Shown here: positions 9,725-19,286 of the stretch, in pieces
Position numbering within the stretch: position 1 is the first letter of the stretch
Layout: each line of letters starts with the position of its first letter
Source: a virus
DNA length: 24,006 nt
Strand: one strand, 5' to 3'
Virus genome (UHGV): UHGV-1462358
Program-made: the position numbers and the translations under genes
Notes under the pieces: model-generated
Told to the model about the DNA's origin: nothing
Databases searched by the model: none
What the model saw: only the letters and a program-made list of their open reading frames with translations

Positions 9725-10147
9725 ATGTTTCTAAAGAGCGAGCTGCTTGAAAGTAACGGCAGCAGCGTCACATTGTTCCAGCTGTCGGCGCTGCAGCGTA
9801 TTGAATACCTCGAATACCTGAAACAACTTGAGGCGGTTGAAGCTGGTGATTTTCAGGCTGCCATTACCCTTACCGTGAAGAGTGGAGCATATCTGGTGGC
9901 AATGTCACTCTGGCATGGCCACGCGCTTAAAGGATCGCAGGGAGAAAACGCGGCGGCGGAAGTGGAGCAGATTCAGGATGAGGTCATGCAGACATGGCCG
10001 ACCGAACTTGTTGCCGAAGCCGAATATAAGGTGAAACTCCTGTCCGGGATGATTGCGCCGGTCACTGATGACCAGGCTGAGCCCGGTGAAGAACGTAATG
10101 AACCCGCTGAACCTGTTACTGCGGAAAAGCCCTCGCCAGTGAGCTGA
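9725..10147 (+). CDS. G: Tail assembly chaperone (lambda gpG homolog)
   Basis: 140 aa, same as lambda gpG. Acidic C-terminus. Syntenic position between V and H. Confidence 0.9.
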   Translation: MFLKSELLESNGSSVTLFQLSALQRIEYLEYLKQLEAVEAGDFQAAITLTVKSGAYLVAMSLWHGHALKGSQGENAAAEVEQIQDEVMQTWPTELVAEAEYKVKLLSGMIAPVTDDQAEPGEERNEPAEPVTAEKPSPVS

Positions 10148-10476
10148 AGTTTGCCATGAAACTGGCGCGTGAGTTCGGTCGCCCGGACTGGCGTGCCATG
10201 CTTGCTGGCATGTCCTCAACGGAATACGGCGACTGGAAAATCTTCTACCAGGACAATTACTTTCATGATGCGCAGCTGGATGCTCATTTCTCCGGTTTGC
10301 TCTACACCATCTCAACCCTGTTTTTTGCTGATCCGGAATTAACACCGGACAGTTTCAGCATCCTTTCCCCTGTATCGGAAAGCATCGACGTTGATGAGCC
10401 GGATGACGATACGCTGATGGCGAAGGCTGCAGGTATTTCAGGAGGCGTGCGCTATGGCCCAGACGGCAGTGGGTGA
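9725..10476 (+). CDS. T: Tail assembly chaperone G-T fusion made by programmed -1 ribosomal frameshift near 10123-10129 (T part ends at 10476)
   Basis: The -1 frame is open from the stop at 10108-10110 through 10476 and encodes MKLAREFGRPDWRAMLAGMSSTEYGDWKIFYQDNYFHD, matching lambda gpT as recalled. The only slippery run in the open overlap is G-GAA-AAG (10123-10129); lambda uses G-GGA-AAG. Confidence 0.65.
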
Positions 10477-12970
10477 TCTGGTCGTTAACCTTGACGTTAA
10501 CTCGACGAAATTTAACGAGCAGCTTAACTACGTCAAAAAAGAATTAAAGCAGACTGGCAGCGCGGCGAACGACGAAGCGCTACGGATCCAGCAGTCCTTT
10601 AGCCGCCAGGAGAACGCCGCGCGCAAGGCGGGTATTTCAATAGGCCAGTATAACGCAGCAATGCGTATGCTTCCGGCGCAGTTTACCGATATAGCTACGC
10701 AGCTAGCGGGCGGGCAGAACCCATGGCTGATTCTGCTTCAGCAGGGCGGTCAGGTTAAGGACTCCTTTGGCGGGATAATACCAACATTCAGGGCCTTACT
10801 GGGTACGATCTCACCGTTGATGGTCGGCATCGGTGCGCTGTCCGCCGCAACGGGTGCGCTGTTCTATGCCTGGTACCAGGGCTCATCCACACTATCTGAC
10901 TTCAACAAAACGCTGGTACTGTCGGGGAACACGGCCGGATTGACTGCCGATCGTATGTTGGCGCTGGCACGAAACGGCCAGGCAGCGGGGCTGACGTTCA
11001 ATCAGACCAGCGAAGCCCTGAGCGAGCTTATCAACGCGGGGGTGGGCGCGAGTTCGCGCTTTGATGAAATGAGCCAGGCGGTGGCGCGATTTACTGATGC
11101 CTCCGGCGTGCCGGTGGAAAAAGTCGCAGCCGCATACGGCAAGCTCACTACTGACCCTACATCAGGCCTGATCGCGATGGCTCAGCAGTTCCACAACGTT
11201 ACGGCCGAACAGATTGCCCATGTGGCACAGCTGCAGCGTGCCGGTGATGAGGCTGGCGCACTGCAGGCGGCTAATCAGGCTGCTACTGCCGGATTCAACG
11301 ATCAGACCAAGGCCATCCGCGACAATATGGGGACGATTGAGTCTTCAGCGGATTCCCTGAAGCGTGCCTTCAAGTCGATGTGGGATGCTGCACTTGATAT
11401 TGGCAGACCTGACACCGCCCAGGAGATGGTGGCAAAAGCCCAGGCCGCGTTTAAAAAGGCTGATGAAATCTGGAACCTGCGTAAAGGTGACCGATATGTC
11501 AATGATGAGGCTCGCGCCCGATTCTGGAATGACCGCGAAACGGCCAGGCTTGCGCTGGATATGGCGCAGCAGCAGGCGGGAATTGCCATGGCGAACGAAG
11601 AGAATGCATCGCGCGAAGCGGCTGCGGAATCGGATCGCCAGAAGTATGCTGCGCAGGCACAGGCAAACTATGCCAAAACGCAGACGGCACTGGAGAAATA
11701 CACGGCCAGGCAGAGCGAGCTCAACAAGGCGCTGAAAGAGGGGCGGATCCTCCAGGCTGACTACAACATCAACCTGGCTGCCGCGAAAAAAGAGTACGAA
11801 GACACCCTTAAAAAGCCGAAGAAAACACCTGCAGTCAGGACTCCTGCCGGTACCCGTGCAACCGATGCGGCCAGCGCCCAGACGATGGAGCTGGAAGCAC
11901 AGCTGCGCACCCTGCAGGAGCATAAGGGGATAAATGACACCATCAGCCAGCAGCGTCAGGAGCTGTGGCGTAAGCAGTCCCGTTTTACGGTTCTGGAAGA
12001 GGCCGCGAAGACCCGGACGCTTTCTGCCGAGGAAAAATCCCTGCTGGCCAGTAAAAGCGAGGTGCTTTCCCGTGCGGAGCTGAACGCGAAGCTCGGCGAT
12101 CAGATAGTGGCGCAGGAGCGGCTTAATCGCCTGCAGGATACGTCCCAAAAATACGTCACGCAGATCGGCGAGAAAACCCGAGCCCTGGCGGAAAGTGCTG
12201 GTATGAGCAGTCGTGCAGCACAACGCCGCAACGAGGAGGCCCAGCTTCTTCAGGGGTGGAAAAATGGTGGAGGTTCCGAAAACGATGCCGGTTATCAGAA
12301 TGAGCTGCAGGGGCTGCATGCGTATTACGCCGAGCAGGATAAGCTTCGGGGTGACTGGCAATCCGGAGCCAAATCCGCATGGGCAGATTATGTTGATTCT
12401 GCTTCTGATGCTTATGGCCAGATGAAGTCGTTTGCCAGCAGTACGTTTGATGGCATTGGGCAAAATATGGCTGACATGCTGACGCGCGGAAAGGCTGACT
12501 GGGCTGACTTCACCCGCTCCACGCTCTCCATGCTGACACAGATCCTGCTGAAACAGGCGATGGTAGGCCTGGTGGATTCAGCATCAACCGCGCTGGGATT
12601 TGCAGGTGGCGGTTATACCGGTTCAGGCGGGAAATATGAGCCAGCAGGTGTCGTTCACCGTGGTGAGTTTGTTTTCACCAAAGAGGCTACCAGCAGGATC
12701 GGCGTCGGCAATCTTTACCGGATGATGAAAGGCTATGCAACGGGAGGGTATGTCGGGGGCGGTGGTACAGGCCCGGCTGCAGCACCTTTCGGTGTCAGTG
12801 TGTATGCCCCGGTGACGGTCGAGAATGCTTCCGGTAACGCACAGCAGCAAAACGACGGAGACAGGCTGGGTAAGGCGTATCAGCAGGTGATTAACAAATC
12901 TGTCAATGATGGTATCGCTAGGGCAATCCAGCCCGGTGGGCTTATCTGGAATGCGACCAATCGCAGGTAA
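10454..12970 (+). CDS. H: Tail tape measure protein (lambda gpH homolog)
   Basis: 838 aa versus 853 for lambda gpH. Ala/Gln-rich predicted coiled-coil body and Gly-rich C-terminus. ATG at 10454 preceded by GGAGG, overlapping the T 3' end. Confidence 0.95.
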   Translation: MAQTAVGDLVVNLDVNSTKFNEQLNYVKKELKQTGSAANDEALRIQQSFSRQENAARKAGISIGQYNAAMRMLPAQFTDIATQLAGGQNPWLILLQQGGQVKDSFGGIIPTFRALLGTISPLMVGIGALSAATGALFYAWYQGSSTLSDFNKTLVLSGNTAGLTADRMLALARNGQAAGLTFNQTSEALSELINAGVGASSRFDEMSQAVARFTDASGVPVEKVAAAYGKLTTDPTSGLIAMAQQFHNVTAEQIAHVAQLQRAGDEAGALQAANQAATAGFNDQTKAIRDNMGTIESSADSLKRAFKSMWDAALDIGRPDTAQEMVAKAQAAFKKADEIWNLRKGDRYVNDEARARFWNDRETARLALDMAQQQAGIAMANEENASREAAAESDRQKYAAQAQANYAKTQTALEKYTARQSELNKALKEGRILQADYNINLAAAKKEYEDTLKKPKKTPAVRTPAGTRATDAASAQTMELEAQLRTLQEHKGINDTISQQRQELWRKQSRFTVLEEAAKTRTLSAEEKSLLASKSEVLSRAELNAKLGDQIVAQERLNRLQDTSQKYVTQIGEKTRALAESAGMSSRAAQRRNEEAQLLQGWKNGGGSENDAGYQNELQGLHAYYAEQDKLRGDWQSGAKSAWADYVDSASDAYGQMKSFASSTFDGIGQNMADMLTRGKADWADFTRSTLSMLTQILLKQAMVGLVDSASTALGFAGGGYTGSGGKYEPAGVVHRGEFVFTKEATSRIGVGNLYRMMKGYATGGYVGGGGTGPAAAPFGVSVYAPVTVENASGNAQQQNDGDRLGKAYQQVINKSVNDGIARAIQPGGLIWNATNRR

Positions 12971-12975
12971 CAGTT

Positions 12976-13323
12976 ATGACGATAGAAACATTCCCCTGGG
13001 GCATTAAGGTTTCCAGCCAGCCCACCGAGGGAAGTAAAGACATAGTCAGGAAAGTCCAGTTCGGCGACGGGTACGCACAGGTGAGCGGCTCCGGCCTGAA
13101 TGATGAGATTCGCACCTATGAATATTCCTTTTCAGGAGATCCGACTACAGCGAATGAAATCCATGCCTTCCTTCGTCGGCATAAAGTGAAGTCATTTATT
13201 TTCACTCCGCCTTTCGGCGATACCGCGCTGTGGCGTGTAGAGGCTGACACGCTCAAAAAGGTGGTTAAAAACGTAAAAGTGATAACCGTAACCGCAACGT
13301 TTGAACAGGCATTTACACCATGA
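12976..13323 (+). CDS. M: Minor tail protein (lambda gpM homolog)
   Basis: 115 aa at the syntenic position after H. Confidence 0.85.
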   Translation: MTIETFPWGIKVSSQPTEGSKDIVRKVQFGDGYAQVSGSGLNDEIRTYEYSFSGDPTTANEIHAFLRRHKVKSFIFTPPFGDTALWRVEADTLKKVVKNVKVITVTATFEQAFTP

Positions 13324-14075
13324 GTCTTAATGCTGATTATCAAAAACTTGAGCCGGGCAATGAAGTCCGGCTTTTTTCTGTCGATGGTACAGCGTTCGGT
13401 ATGTCAGATGTGCTCCGCTTCCACGCACACAATATCGCGCACACCCCGGAAGAGATTGAAGCCGCAGGCGGCGACGAGAATAAACTTCCGGCGAAGTCCA
13501 TCTGGTGGCAGGGGGAGGAGTATAAAGCCTGGCCGTGTCAGGTTGAGGGTATTGAAGCGACCACGGATGGTACCAGCCCACAGCCAAAACTGAGGGTGGC
13601 GAACCTGGACAGCTCGATCTCAGCGCTCTGTCTGGCGTATGACGATCTGCTGCAGGCGAAAGTGAGTATCCACGACACGCTGGCACAGTATCTGGACGCC
13701 AGAAATTTTCCGCAGGGCAATCCCACTGCAGACCCGTCACAGGAAAAGCTGAAGGTCTTTTATATCGATGCCAGAAGCACCGAGACGGATGAAGTTGTCG
13801 AATTTACGCTTTCCAGTCCGATGGATTTACAGGGCCAGATGATTCCGACGCGTCAGCTGCATTCGTTATGCAGCTGGTGCATCCGGAACAAGTACCGGAC
13901 CGGCGACGGCTGCGACTATGCCGGAACGCGCTATTTCGACAAAAACAATAATCCGGTTGACGATCCCTCGCTGGATGTCTGCAACGGCACGCTGACGGCC
14001 TGCAAGCTCCGGCACGGAGACAGCAACGAACTGCCGTTCGGCGGTTTCCCGGGTACATCTCTTATCAGGAGCTGA
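13320..14075 (+). CDS. L: Minor tail protein (lambda gpL homolog), probable Fe-S cluster cysteines at C-terminus
   Basis: 251 aa. ATGA overlap with the M stop. C-terminal cysteine cluster (CSWC...GDGCDY...C...C) as in lambda gpL. Confidence 0.9.
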   Translation: MSLNADYQKLEPGNEVRLFSVDGTAFGMSDVLRFHAHNIAHTPEEIEAAGGDENKLPAKSIWWQGEEYKAWPCQVEGIEATTDGTSPQPKLRVANLDSSISALCLAYDDLLQAKVSIHDTLAQYLDARNFPQGNPTADPSQEKLKVFYIDARSTETDEVVEFTLSSPMDLQGQMIPTRQLHSLCSWCIRNKYRTGDGCDYAGTRYFDKNNNPVDDPSLDVCNGTLTACKLRHGDSNELPFGGFPGTSLIRS

Positions 14076-14076
14076 T

Positions 14077-14808
14077 ATGCGTCAGAAAACCATTGATGCC
14101 ATCATGGCACACGCTGCAGCGGAATATCCGCGCGAGTGCTGCGGCGTGGTGGCACAGAAAAGCCGGGTTGAGCGCTATTTTCCCTGTCGTAATCTCGCAG
14201 CAGAGCCGACTGAACATTTTCACCTGTCCCCCGAAGATTACGCAGCGGCAGAAGACTGGGGGACGGTGGTAGCCATTGTTCACAGCCATCCTGACGCGAC
14301 GACACAGGCCAGCGAGCTTGATAAGGCGCAGTGTGATGCAACACTGCTGCCCTGGCATATTGTGAGCTGGCCAGAGGGGGATTTACGTACCATTCAGCCA
14401 CGCGGGGAGCTCCCATTGCTGGAGCGACCGTTTGTGCTTGGCCACTTCGATTGCTGGGGTCTGGTAATGAGCTATTTCCGGCAGACCCACGGTATCGAGC
14501 TCTACGATTACCGGGTGGATTATCCCTGGTGGGAAAACGACTACCCGGACAATTTCTATCAGGATTGCTGGTATGAATGCGGATTCAGGGAGTTTGACGG
14601 CCCGACTCAGGAAGGGGACCTCGTCATCATGCAGGTGCAGGCTGATAAGTGGAATCATGCCGGGATTTTACTGGAGGGTAACATGCTGCTGCACCATCTT
14701 TACGGGCATCTGAGCCAGCGAGTTCCTTATGGCGGATACTGGCAGGAGCGCACGATGAAGATCGTTCGCTATAAAGATGTAATGGCAGGTGAAACATGCA
14801 GGAAGTAA
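14077..14808 (+). CDS. K: Tail assembly protein (lambda gpK homolog) with MPN/JAMM and NlpC/P60-like motifs
   Basis: 243 aa. JAMM-type motif in IVHSHPD and Cys/His motifs (FDCWGLV, WNHAGIL) typical of the gpK family. AGGAG before the ATG at 14077. Confidence 0.9.
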   Translation: MRQKTIDAIMAHAAAEYPRECCGVVAQKSRVERYFPCRNLAAEPTEHFHLSPEDYAAAEDWGTVVAIVHSHPDATTQASELDKAQCDATLLPWHIVSWPEGDLRTIQPRGELPLLERPFVLGHFDCWGLVMSYFRQTHGIELYDYRVDYPWWENDYPDNFYQDCWYECGFREFDGPTQEGDLVIMQVQADKWNHAGILLEGNMLLHHLYGHLSQRVPYGGYWQERTMKIVRYKDVMAGETCRK

Positions 14809-15383
14809 TGACCCGCATTGAGCTTGGCGGCGTGCTCGGGAAATCATTCGGTAAAATTCACCACCGCCTGATTTCCCGTGTAAGCGAGGCGGGAGTGGCG
14901 CTCGCAAAGACTATTCCGGGCTTTGAGCAGTTTATGATTTCCAGCCAGCGCCGTGGGCTCACATACTCCGTATTTAAGGGTAAAAAAAACATCGGTGTGG
15001 ATGACCTCGGTTTCCCGGTTACCGGCGATGTTATCCGCATTGTCCCGGTAATCATCGGGAGTAAAAAAGCCGGTTTGATTCAAACTATCCTGGGCGCAGT
15101 ATTAGTGATTGCATCGATCTGGATGCCAGGTCTGAGTATAGCTGCCAGCAATATGATGTTTGCTGCTGGTGCGTCCATAACGCTGGGGGGGGTAGTTCAG
15201 ATGATATCCCCTCAGGCTACAGGGCTGGCCAGCAAACAGAGCTCAGATAACCGCGCCTCATACGCGTTCGGCGGAGTCACAAATACCGCCGCACAGGGTT
15301 ACCCGGTTCCGCTCCTGTACGGCCGCCGGAGAATCGGCGGGGCAATTATTTCTGCCGGAATTTATGTCGAAGATCAGCAGTAG
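14796..15383 (+). CDS. I: Tail assembly protein (lambda gpI homolog)
   Basis: 195 aa. Hydrophobic Gly/Ala-rich central segment and C-terminal PLLYGRRRIGG motif resembling lambda gpI (PVLYGEMRVG). Overlaps the K 3' end. Confidence 0.85.
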   Translation: MQEVMTRIELGGVLGKSFGKIHHRLISRVSEAGVALAKTIPGFEQFMISSQRRGLTYSVFKGKKNIGVDDLGFPVTGDVIRIVPVIIGSKKAGLIQTILGAVLVIASIWMPGLSIAASNMMFAAGASITLGGVVQMISPQATGLASKQSSDNRASYAFGGVTNTAAQGYPVPLLYGRRRIGGAIISAGIYVEDQQ

Positions 15384-15400
15384 TTAACAAACCTTTTTAC

Positions 15401-15426
15401 AAGCCACCTTCGGGTGGCTTTTTTTA
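15401..15426 (+). terminator. Intrinsic terminator/attenuator between I and J
   Basis: AAGCCACC-TTCG-GGTGGCTT perfect 8-bp stem with UUCG tetraloop (15401-15420) followed by TTTTTT (15420-15425), 11 nt before the J ATG. Confidence 0.7.
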
Positions 15427-15436
15427 TGGGCGCGAT

Positions 15437-18400
15437 ATGGCTAAAACAATTACCGGACGAAAAGGCGGGAGCTCCAGTTCCCGAACTCCCACCGAACAGC
15501 CTGATGATCTGCAATCTGTAGCGAAGGCAAAGATCCTCGTTGCGCTTGGGGAAGGGGAGTTTGCTGGACAGCTCACCGGGAAGGATATCTACCTGGACGG
15601 AACGGCGCTGGAGAACGCCGACGGCTCCCAAAACTTCAGCGGCGTTACGTGGGAATTTCGTCCGGGGACTCAGGCACAAAAATATATTCAGGGTATCCCC
15701 GGCACCGAAAATGAAATCAGCGTGGGCACCGAAGTGTCAAGCACCACCGGCTGGACACATACCTTTACCAACACGCAACTGTCAGCCGTTCGCCTGCGCC
15801 TCAAGTGGCCATCGCTTTTTAAACAGGAGGATGATGGCGATCTGGTTGGCTATTCAATTAACTACGCTATTGATCTGCAGACCGATGGCGGCACCTGGCA
15901 GACGGTACTTAATACCAGCGTAACCGGCAAGACAACTTCCGGCTACGAACGCAGCCATCGCATTGACCTACCGCAGGCAGGCAGCACATGGACGGTGCGC
16001 CTGCGTAAGCTAACGGCGGATGCCAACAGCGCGAAAATTGGTGACACGATGACGCTGCAGAGCTATACAGAGGTCATTGACGCCAAACTGCGTTATCCAA
16101 ATACCGCGCTGCTGTACATCGAATTCGACTCAAGCCAGTTTAACGGCTCTATCCCGCAAATATCCTGCGAACCGCGAGGGCGTGTAATCCGCGTTCCGGA
16201 TACGTATGACCCGGAGACCCGCACCTATAGCGGCACATGGACGGGGGCGTTTAAGTGGGCGTGGACGGATAATCCAGCCTGGATTTTTTACGATCTGGTG
16301 GTGAGCGACCGCTTTGGGCTGGGCAATCGCCTGACGGCGGCCAATATTGATAAATGGACGCTTTACCAGGTCGCGCAATATTGCGATCAGCCGGTTCCTG
16401 ATGGTAAAGGCGGTAGCGGCACTGAGCCTCGCTATACCTGCAACGTGTATGTGCAGGAGAGGAATGACGCCTATACCGTGTTACGAGATTTTGCGGCGAT
16501 ATTCCGGGGCATGACTTACTGGGGTGGCGATCAAATCGTTGCGCTGGCGGATATGCCCCGCGATGTGGATTACAGCTACACGCGTGCAAACGTGGTTAAT
16601 GGGCGCTTTACCTATTCGGGCAGCACCACGAAAACCCGCTATACCACAGCACTGGTTTCCTGGTCCGATCCGGGTAATGCCTACGCGGATGCGATGGAGC
16701 CTGTATTTGAGCAGGATCTCGTTGCTCGCTTTGGCACAAATCAGCTCGAAATGACAGCCATTGGTTGTACCAGACAGTCAGAAGCGAACCGAAAGGGGCG
16801 CTGGGGTATTCTCACCAACAACAAGGATCGCGTTGTTTCGTTCGATGTCGGGCTGGACGGAAACATACCGCAGCCTGGCTATATCATCGCTGTGGCAGAC
16901 GAGCTGCTTTCCGGAAAGGTTATGGGCGGACGCATCAGCGCCGTTAATGGTCGCGTTATCAAACTTGACCGTGTAGCTGATGCGGCAGCAGGTGATCGCC
17001 TTATCCTCAACCTTCCCTCCGGAGCGTCACAGAGCAGGACAATTCAGGCGGTTAACGGGGAATCGGTCACAGTCACCACCGCATACAGTGAGACGCCGCA
17101 GGCCGAAGCTGTCTGGGTGGTTGAGTCAAACGAACTGTACGCACAGCAGTACCGTGTTGTGAGCGTCACTGATAACGATGATGGCACTTTCACCATTACC
17201 GGTGCATGGCACGATCCGGATAAATATGCCCGAATCGATACCGGAGCCATTATTGACCAGCGGCCGGTGAGCGTGATCCCGCCGGGCAATCAGTCACCGC
17301 CAGACAACATCGTAATCAGTTCGTTTTCGGTGGTGCAGCAGAATATCAGCGTCGAAACCATGCGCGTGAGCTGGGACCAGGCGCAGAATGCTATCGCCTA
17401 TGAAGCGCAATGGCGCCGCAACGACGGGAACTGGGTTAACGTGCCGCGCAGTTCCACCACGTCATTCGACGTTCCTGGGATTTATGCCGGGCGCTATCTG
17501 GTACGTGTACGCGCCATCAATGCCGCAGAAATTTCATCCGGGTGGGGATATTCGGAAGAGAAAACGCTGACGGGTAAAGTGGGCAATCCGCCGAAACCGG
17601 TCGGCTTCATCGCTTCCGATAATGTGGTATTCGGTATCGAGCTGAGCTGGGGATTCCCGGCGAACACCGACGACACGCTGAAGACGGAAATTCAGTACAG
17701 TCTGACTGGGACGGAAGACGATGCGATGCTGCTGGCAGACGTACCCTATCCGCAGCGCAAGTATCAGCAGATGGGCCTAAAGGCTGGGCAAATTTTCTGG
17801 TACCGCGCGCAGCTGGTGGACCGCAGCGGAAACGAATCAGGGTATACAGACTTTGTGCGCGGGCAGGCCAGCATCGATGTATCCGATATCACCGATGCAA
17901 TCCTGGAGGATATGAAAGAGTCGGAAACGTTCAAAGACCTGATCGAGAACGCGGTAGACAGCAATGAAAAAATTGCTGGTATGGCTGACGACATTAAACA
18001 GGCCAACGACGAACTGGCGCAACAGGCGCAGGATATCGCCAAAAACGCCCAGGATATCGGGAAGGTTCAGACCAGCGTTACAAACCTGTCGAGCACGGTC
18101 GGAGATGTGTCTTCTTCTCTGAGCAAGCTTGAGCAGACAGTGGCGACGGCTGATACCGCGCTGGGCCAGCGCATCGATAACATCAGCGTGTCTGTGGACG
18201 GTATGACGGGAGGAGTGAAGAACTCTGCCATCGCGATTATTCAGGGCAACCTGGCGCAGGTGGCGGCGCGCAAAACGCTGTCTGCATCCGTCGCCGGTAA
18301 CAGCGCGCAGCTGGACCGCATTGATGAGGTGATCGTCAACGAGAAAGAGGCAACGGCGCGTTCGCTGCTGAGTTTGCAGACTAACGTGAACGGCAACAAG

Positions 18401-18982
18401 GCATCTATCAACAGCCTGAACCAGACGTTCTCCGATTACCAGCAGGCCACGGCCACGCAGATAAACGGGATCACAGCGACCGTCAACGGACACACATCAG
18501 CCATTACCACTAACGCTCAGGCCATAGCGAACGTTAACGGTGATCTGAAGGCGATGTACAGCATCAAGGTTGGTGTCTCCAGCAATGGTCAGTATTACGC
18601 CGCAGGGATGGGGATCGGCGTGGAGAATACGCCGTCCGGCATGCAGTCACAGGTCATCTTCCTGGCTGACCGCTTCGCCGTCACCACGGCAGCAGGTAAC
18701 AGCGTGGCTTTGCCGTTTGTGATCCAGAACGGGCAGACATTCATCCGGGCCAGTTTCATCCAGGACGGCACTATCAGCAACGCAAAGATTGGTAATTTTA
18801 TCCAGTCGAACAATTATGTTGCTGGTTCTGCTGGCTGGAAGCTTGATAAAGGGGGGACGTTTGAGAACTACGGTTCGACTGCTGGTGAGGGAGCCATGAA
18901 ACTGACAAATCAGACGATCAGCGTCAAAGATGGCAGTAATGTTCTTAGGGTGCAGGTTGGCCGATTAACGGGAGTATTCTGA
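15437..18982 (+). CDS. J: Central tail fibre / host specificity protein (lambda gpJ homolog)
   Basis: 1181 aa versus 1132 for lambda J. Conserved blocks (TEVIDAKLRYPNTALLYIEFDS, YSGTWTGAFKWAWTDNPAWIFYDL, YQVAQYCDQPVPDGKGGSGTEPRYTCNVY) match lambda J as recalled. The C-terminal ~150 aa differ from lambda. Confidence 0.95.
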   Translation: MAKTITGRKGGSSSSRTPTEQPDDLQSVAKAKILVALGEGEFAGQLTGKDIYLDGTALENADGSQNFSGVTWEFRPGTQAQKYIQGIPGTENEISVGTEVSSTTGWTHTFTNTQLSAVRLRLKWPSLFKQEDDGDLVGYSINYAIDLQTDGGTWQTVLNTSVTGKTTSGYERSHRIDLPQAGSTWTVRLRKLTADANSAKIGDTMTLQSYTEVIDAKLRYPNTALLYIEFDSSQFNGSIPQISCEPRGRVIRVPDTYDPETRTYSGTWTGAFKWAWTDNPAWIFYDLVVSDRFGLGNRLTAANIDKWTLYQVAQYCDQPVPDGKGGSGTEPRYTCNVYVQERNDAYTVLRDFAAIFRGMTYWGGDQIVALADMPRDVDYSYTRANVVNGRFTYSGSTTKTRYTTALVSWSDPGNAYADAMEPVFEQDLVARFGTNQLEMTAIGCTRQSEANRKGRWGILTNNKDRVVSFDVGLDGNIPQPGYIIAVADELLSGKVMGGRISAVNGRVIKLDRVADAAAGDRLILNLPSGASQSRTIQAVNGESVTVTTAYSETPQAEAVWVVESNELYAQQYRVVSVTDNDDGTFTITGAWHDPDKYARIDTGAIIDQRPVSVIPPGNQSPPDNIVISSFSVVQQNISVETMRVSWDQAQNAIAYEAQWRRNDGNWVNVPRSSTTSFDVPGIYAGRYLVRVRAINAAEISSGWGYSEEKTLTGKVGNPPKPVGFIASDNVVFGIELSWGFPANTDDTLKTEIQYSLTGTEDDAMLLADVPYPQRKYQQMGLKAGQIFWYRAQLVDRSGNESGYTDFVRGQASIDVSDITDAILEDMKESETFKDLIENAVDSNEKIAGMADDIKQANDELAQQAQDIAKNAQDIGKVQTSVTNLSSTVGDVSSSLSKLEQTVATADTALGQRIDNISVSVDGMTGGVKNSAIAIIQGNLAQVAARKTLSASVAGNSAQLDRIDEVIVNEKEATARSLLSLQTNVNGNKASINSLNQTFSDYQQATATQINGITATVNGHTSAITTNAQAIANVNGDLKAMYSIKVGVSSNGQYYAAGMGIGVENTPSGMQSQVIFLADRFAVTTAAGNSVALPFVIQNGQTFIRASFIQDGTISNAKIGNFIQSNNYVAGSAGWKLDKGGTFENYGSTAGEGAMKLTNQTISVKDGSNVLRVQVGRLTGVF

Positions 18983-18983
18983 A

Positions 18984-19286
18984 ATGGCTTATGGAATACA
19001 GACCTGGGATGCTTCAGGAAAACCCAACAACTATGGCATCAAACCCGTTTCCGTCGTTGGGCGAATACAGCTGGCTGCCGGGCAAACCTCCGGCAGCTGG
19101 TCTTTTACGGTGCCCTCAGGAATGAAAGTTGGTTTTGTTCTTTCACTTGATGAAGGAGGTAACAGCGTAGGGCGGCGCATTGTCGCGTCAGGGAGCACAA
19201 TAACCGTAAGCGCTGCATCTTCTGTAGGTCTGGGTAATTATCCGGCCTCAAAGTGTGAAGTGGTCGTTTTCATGGAGAAAGCATAA
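18984..19286 (+). CDS. Hypothetical protein, translationally coupled to J (function unknown)
   Basis: 100-aa ORF with ATG 1 nt after the J stop and GGGAG 9 nt upstream. Shares a G-x3-W-D-A-x-G-K motif with the next ORF. Confidence 0.6.
   Translation: MAYGIQTWDASGKPNNYGIKPVSVVGRIQLAAGQTSGSWSFTVPSGMKVGFVLSLDEGGNSVGRRIVASGSTITVSAASSVGLGNYPASKCEVVVFMEKA

Noticed and set aside
9226-9771. 181-aa minus-strand ORF overlapping V
   Set aside because: Antisense to the major tail protein gene; no start context or homology.
11345-12463. 372-aa minus-strand ORF inside the tape measure gene H
   Set aside because: Entirely antisense to a confidently identified conserved gene. Arg/Leu-rich low-complexity translation is typical of the reverse strand of Ala/Gln-rich coiled-coil genes. 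No RBS or syntenic support.
17837-18493. 218-aa minus-strand ORF inside J
   Set aside because: Antisense to the conserved J gene, with an Arg/Leu-rich low-complexity translation and no independent signals.
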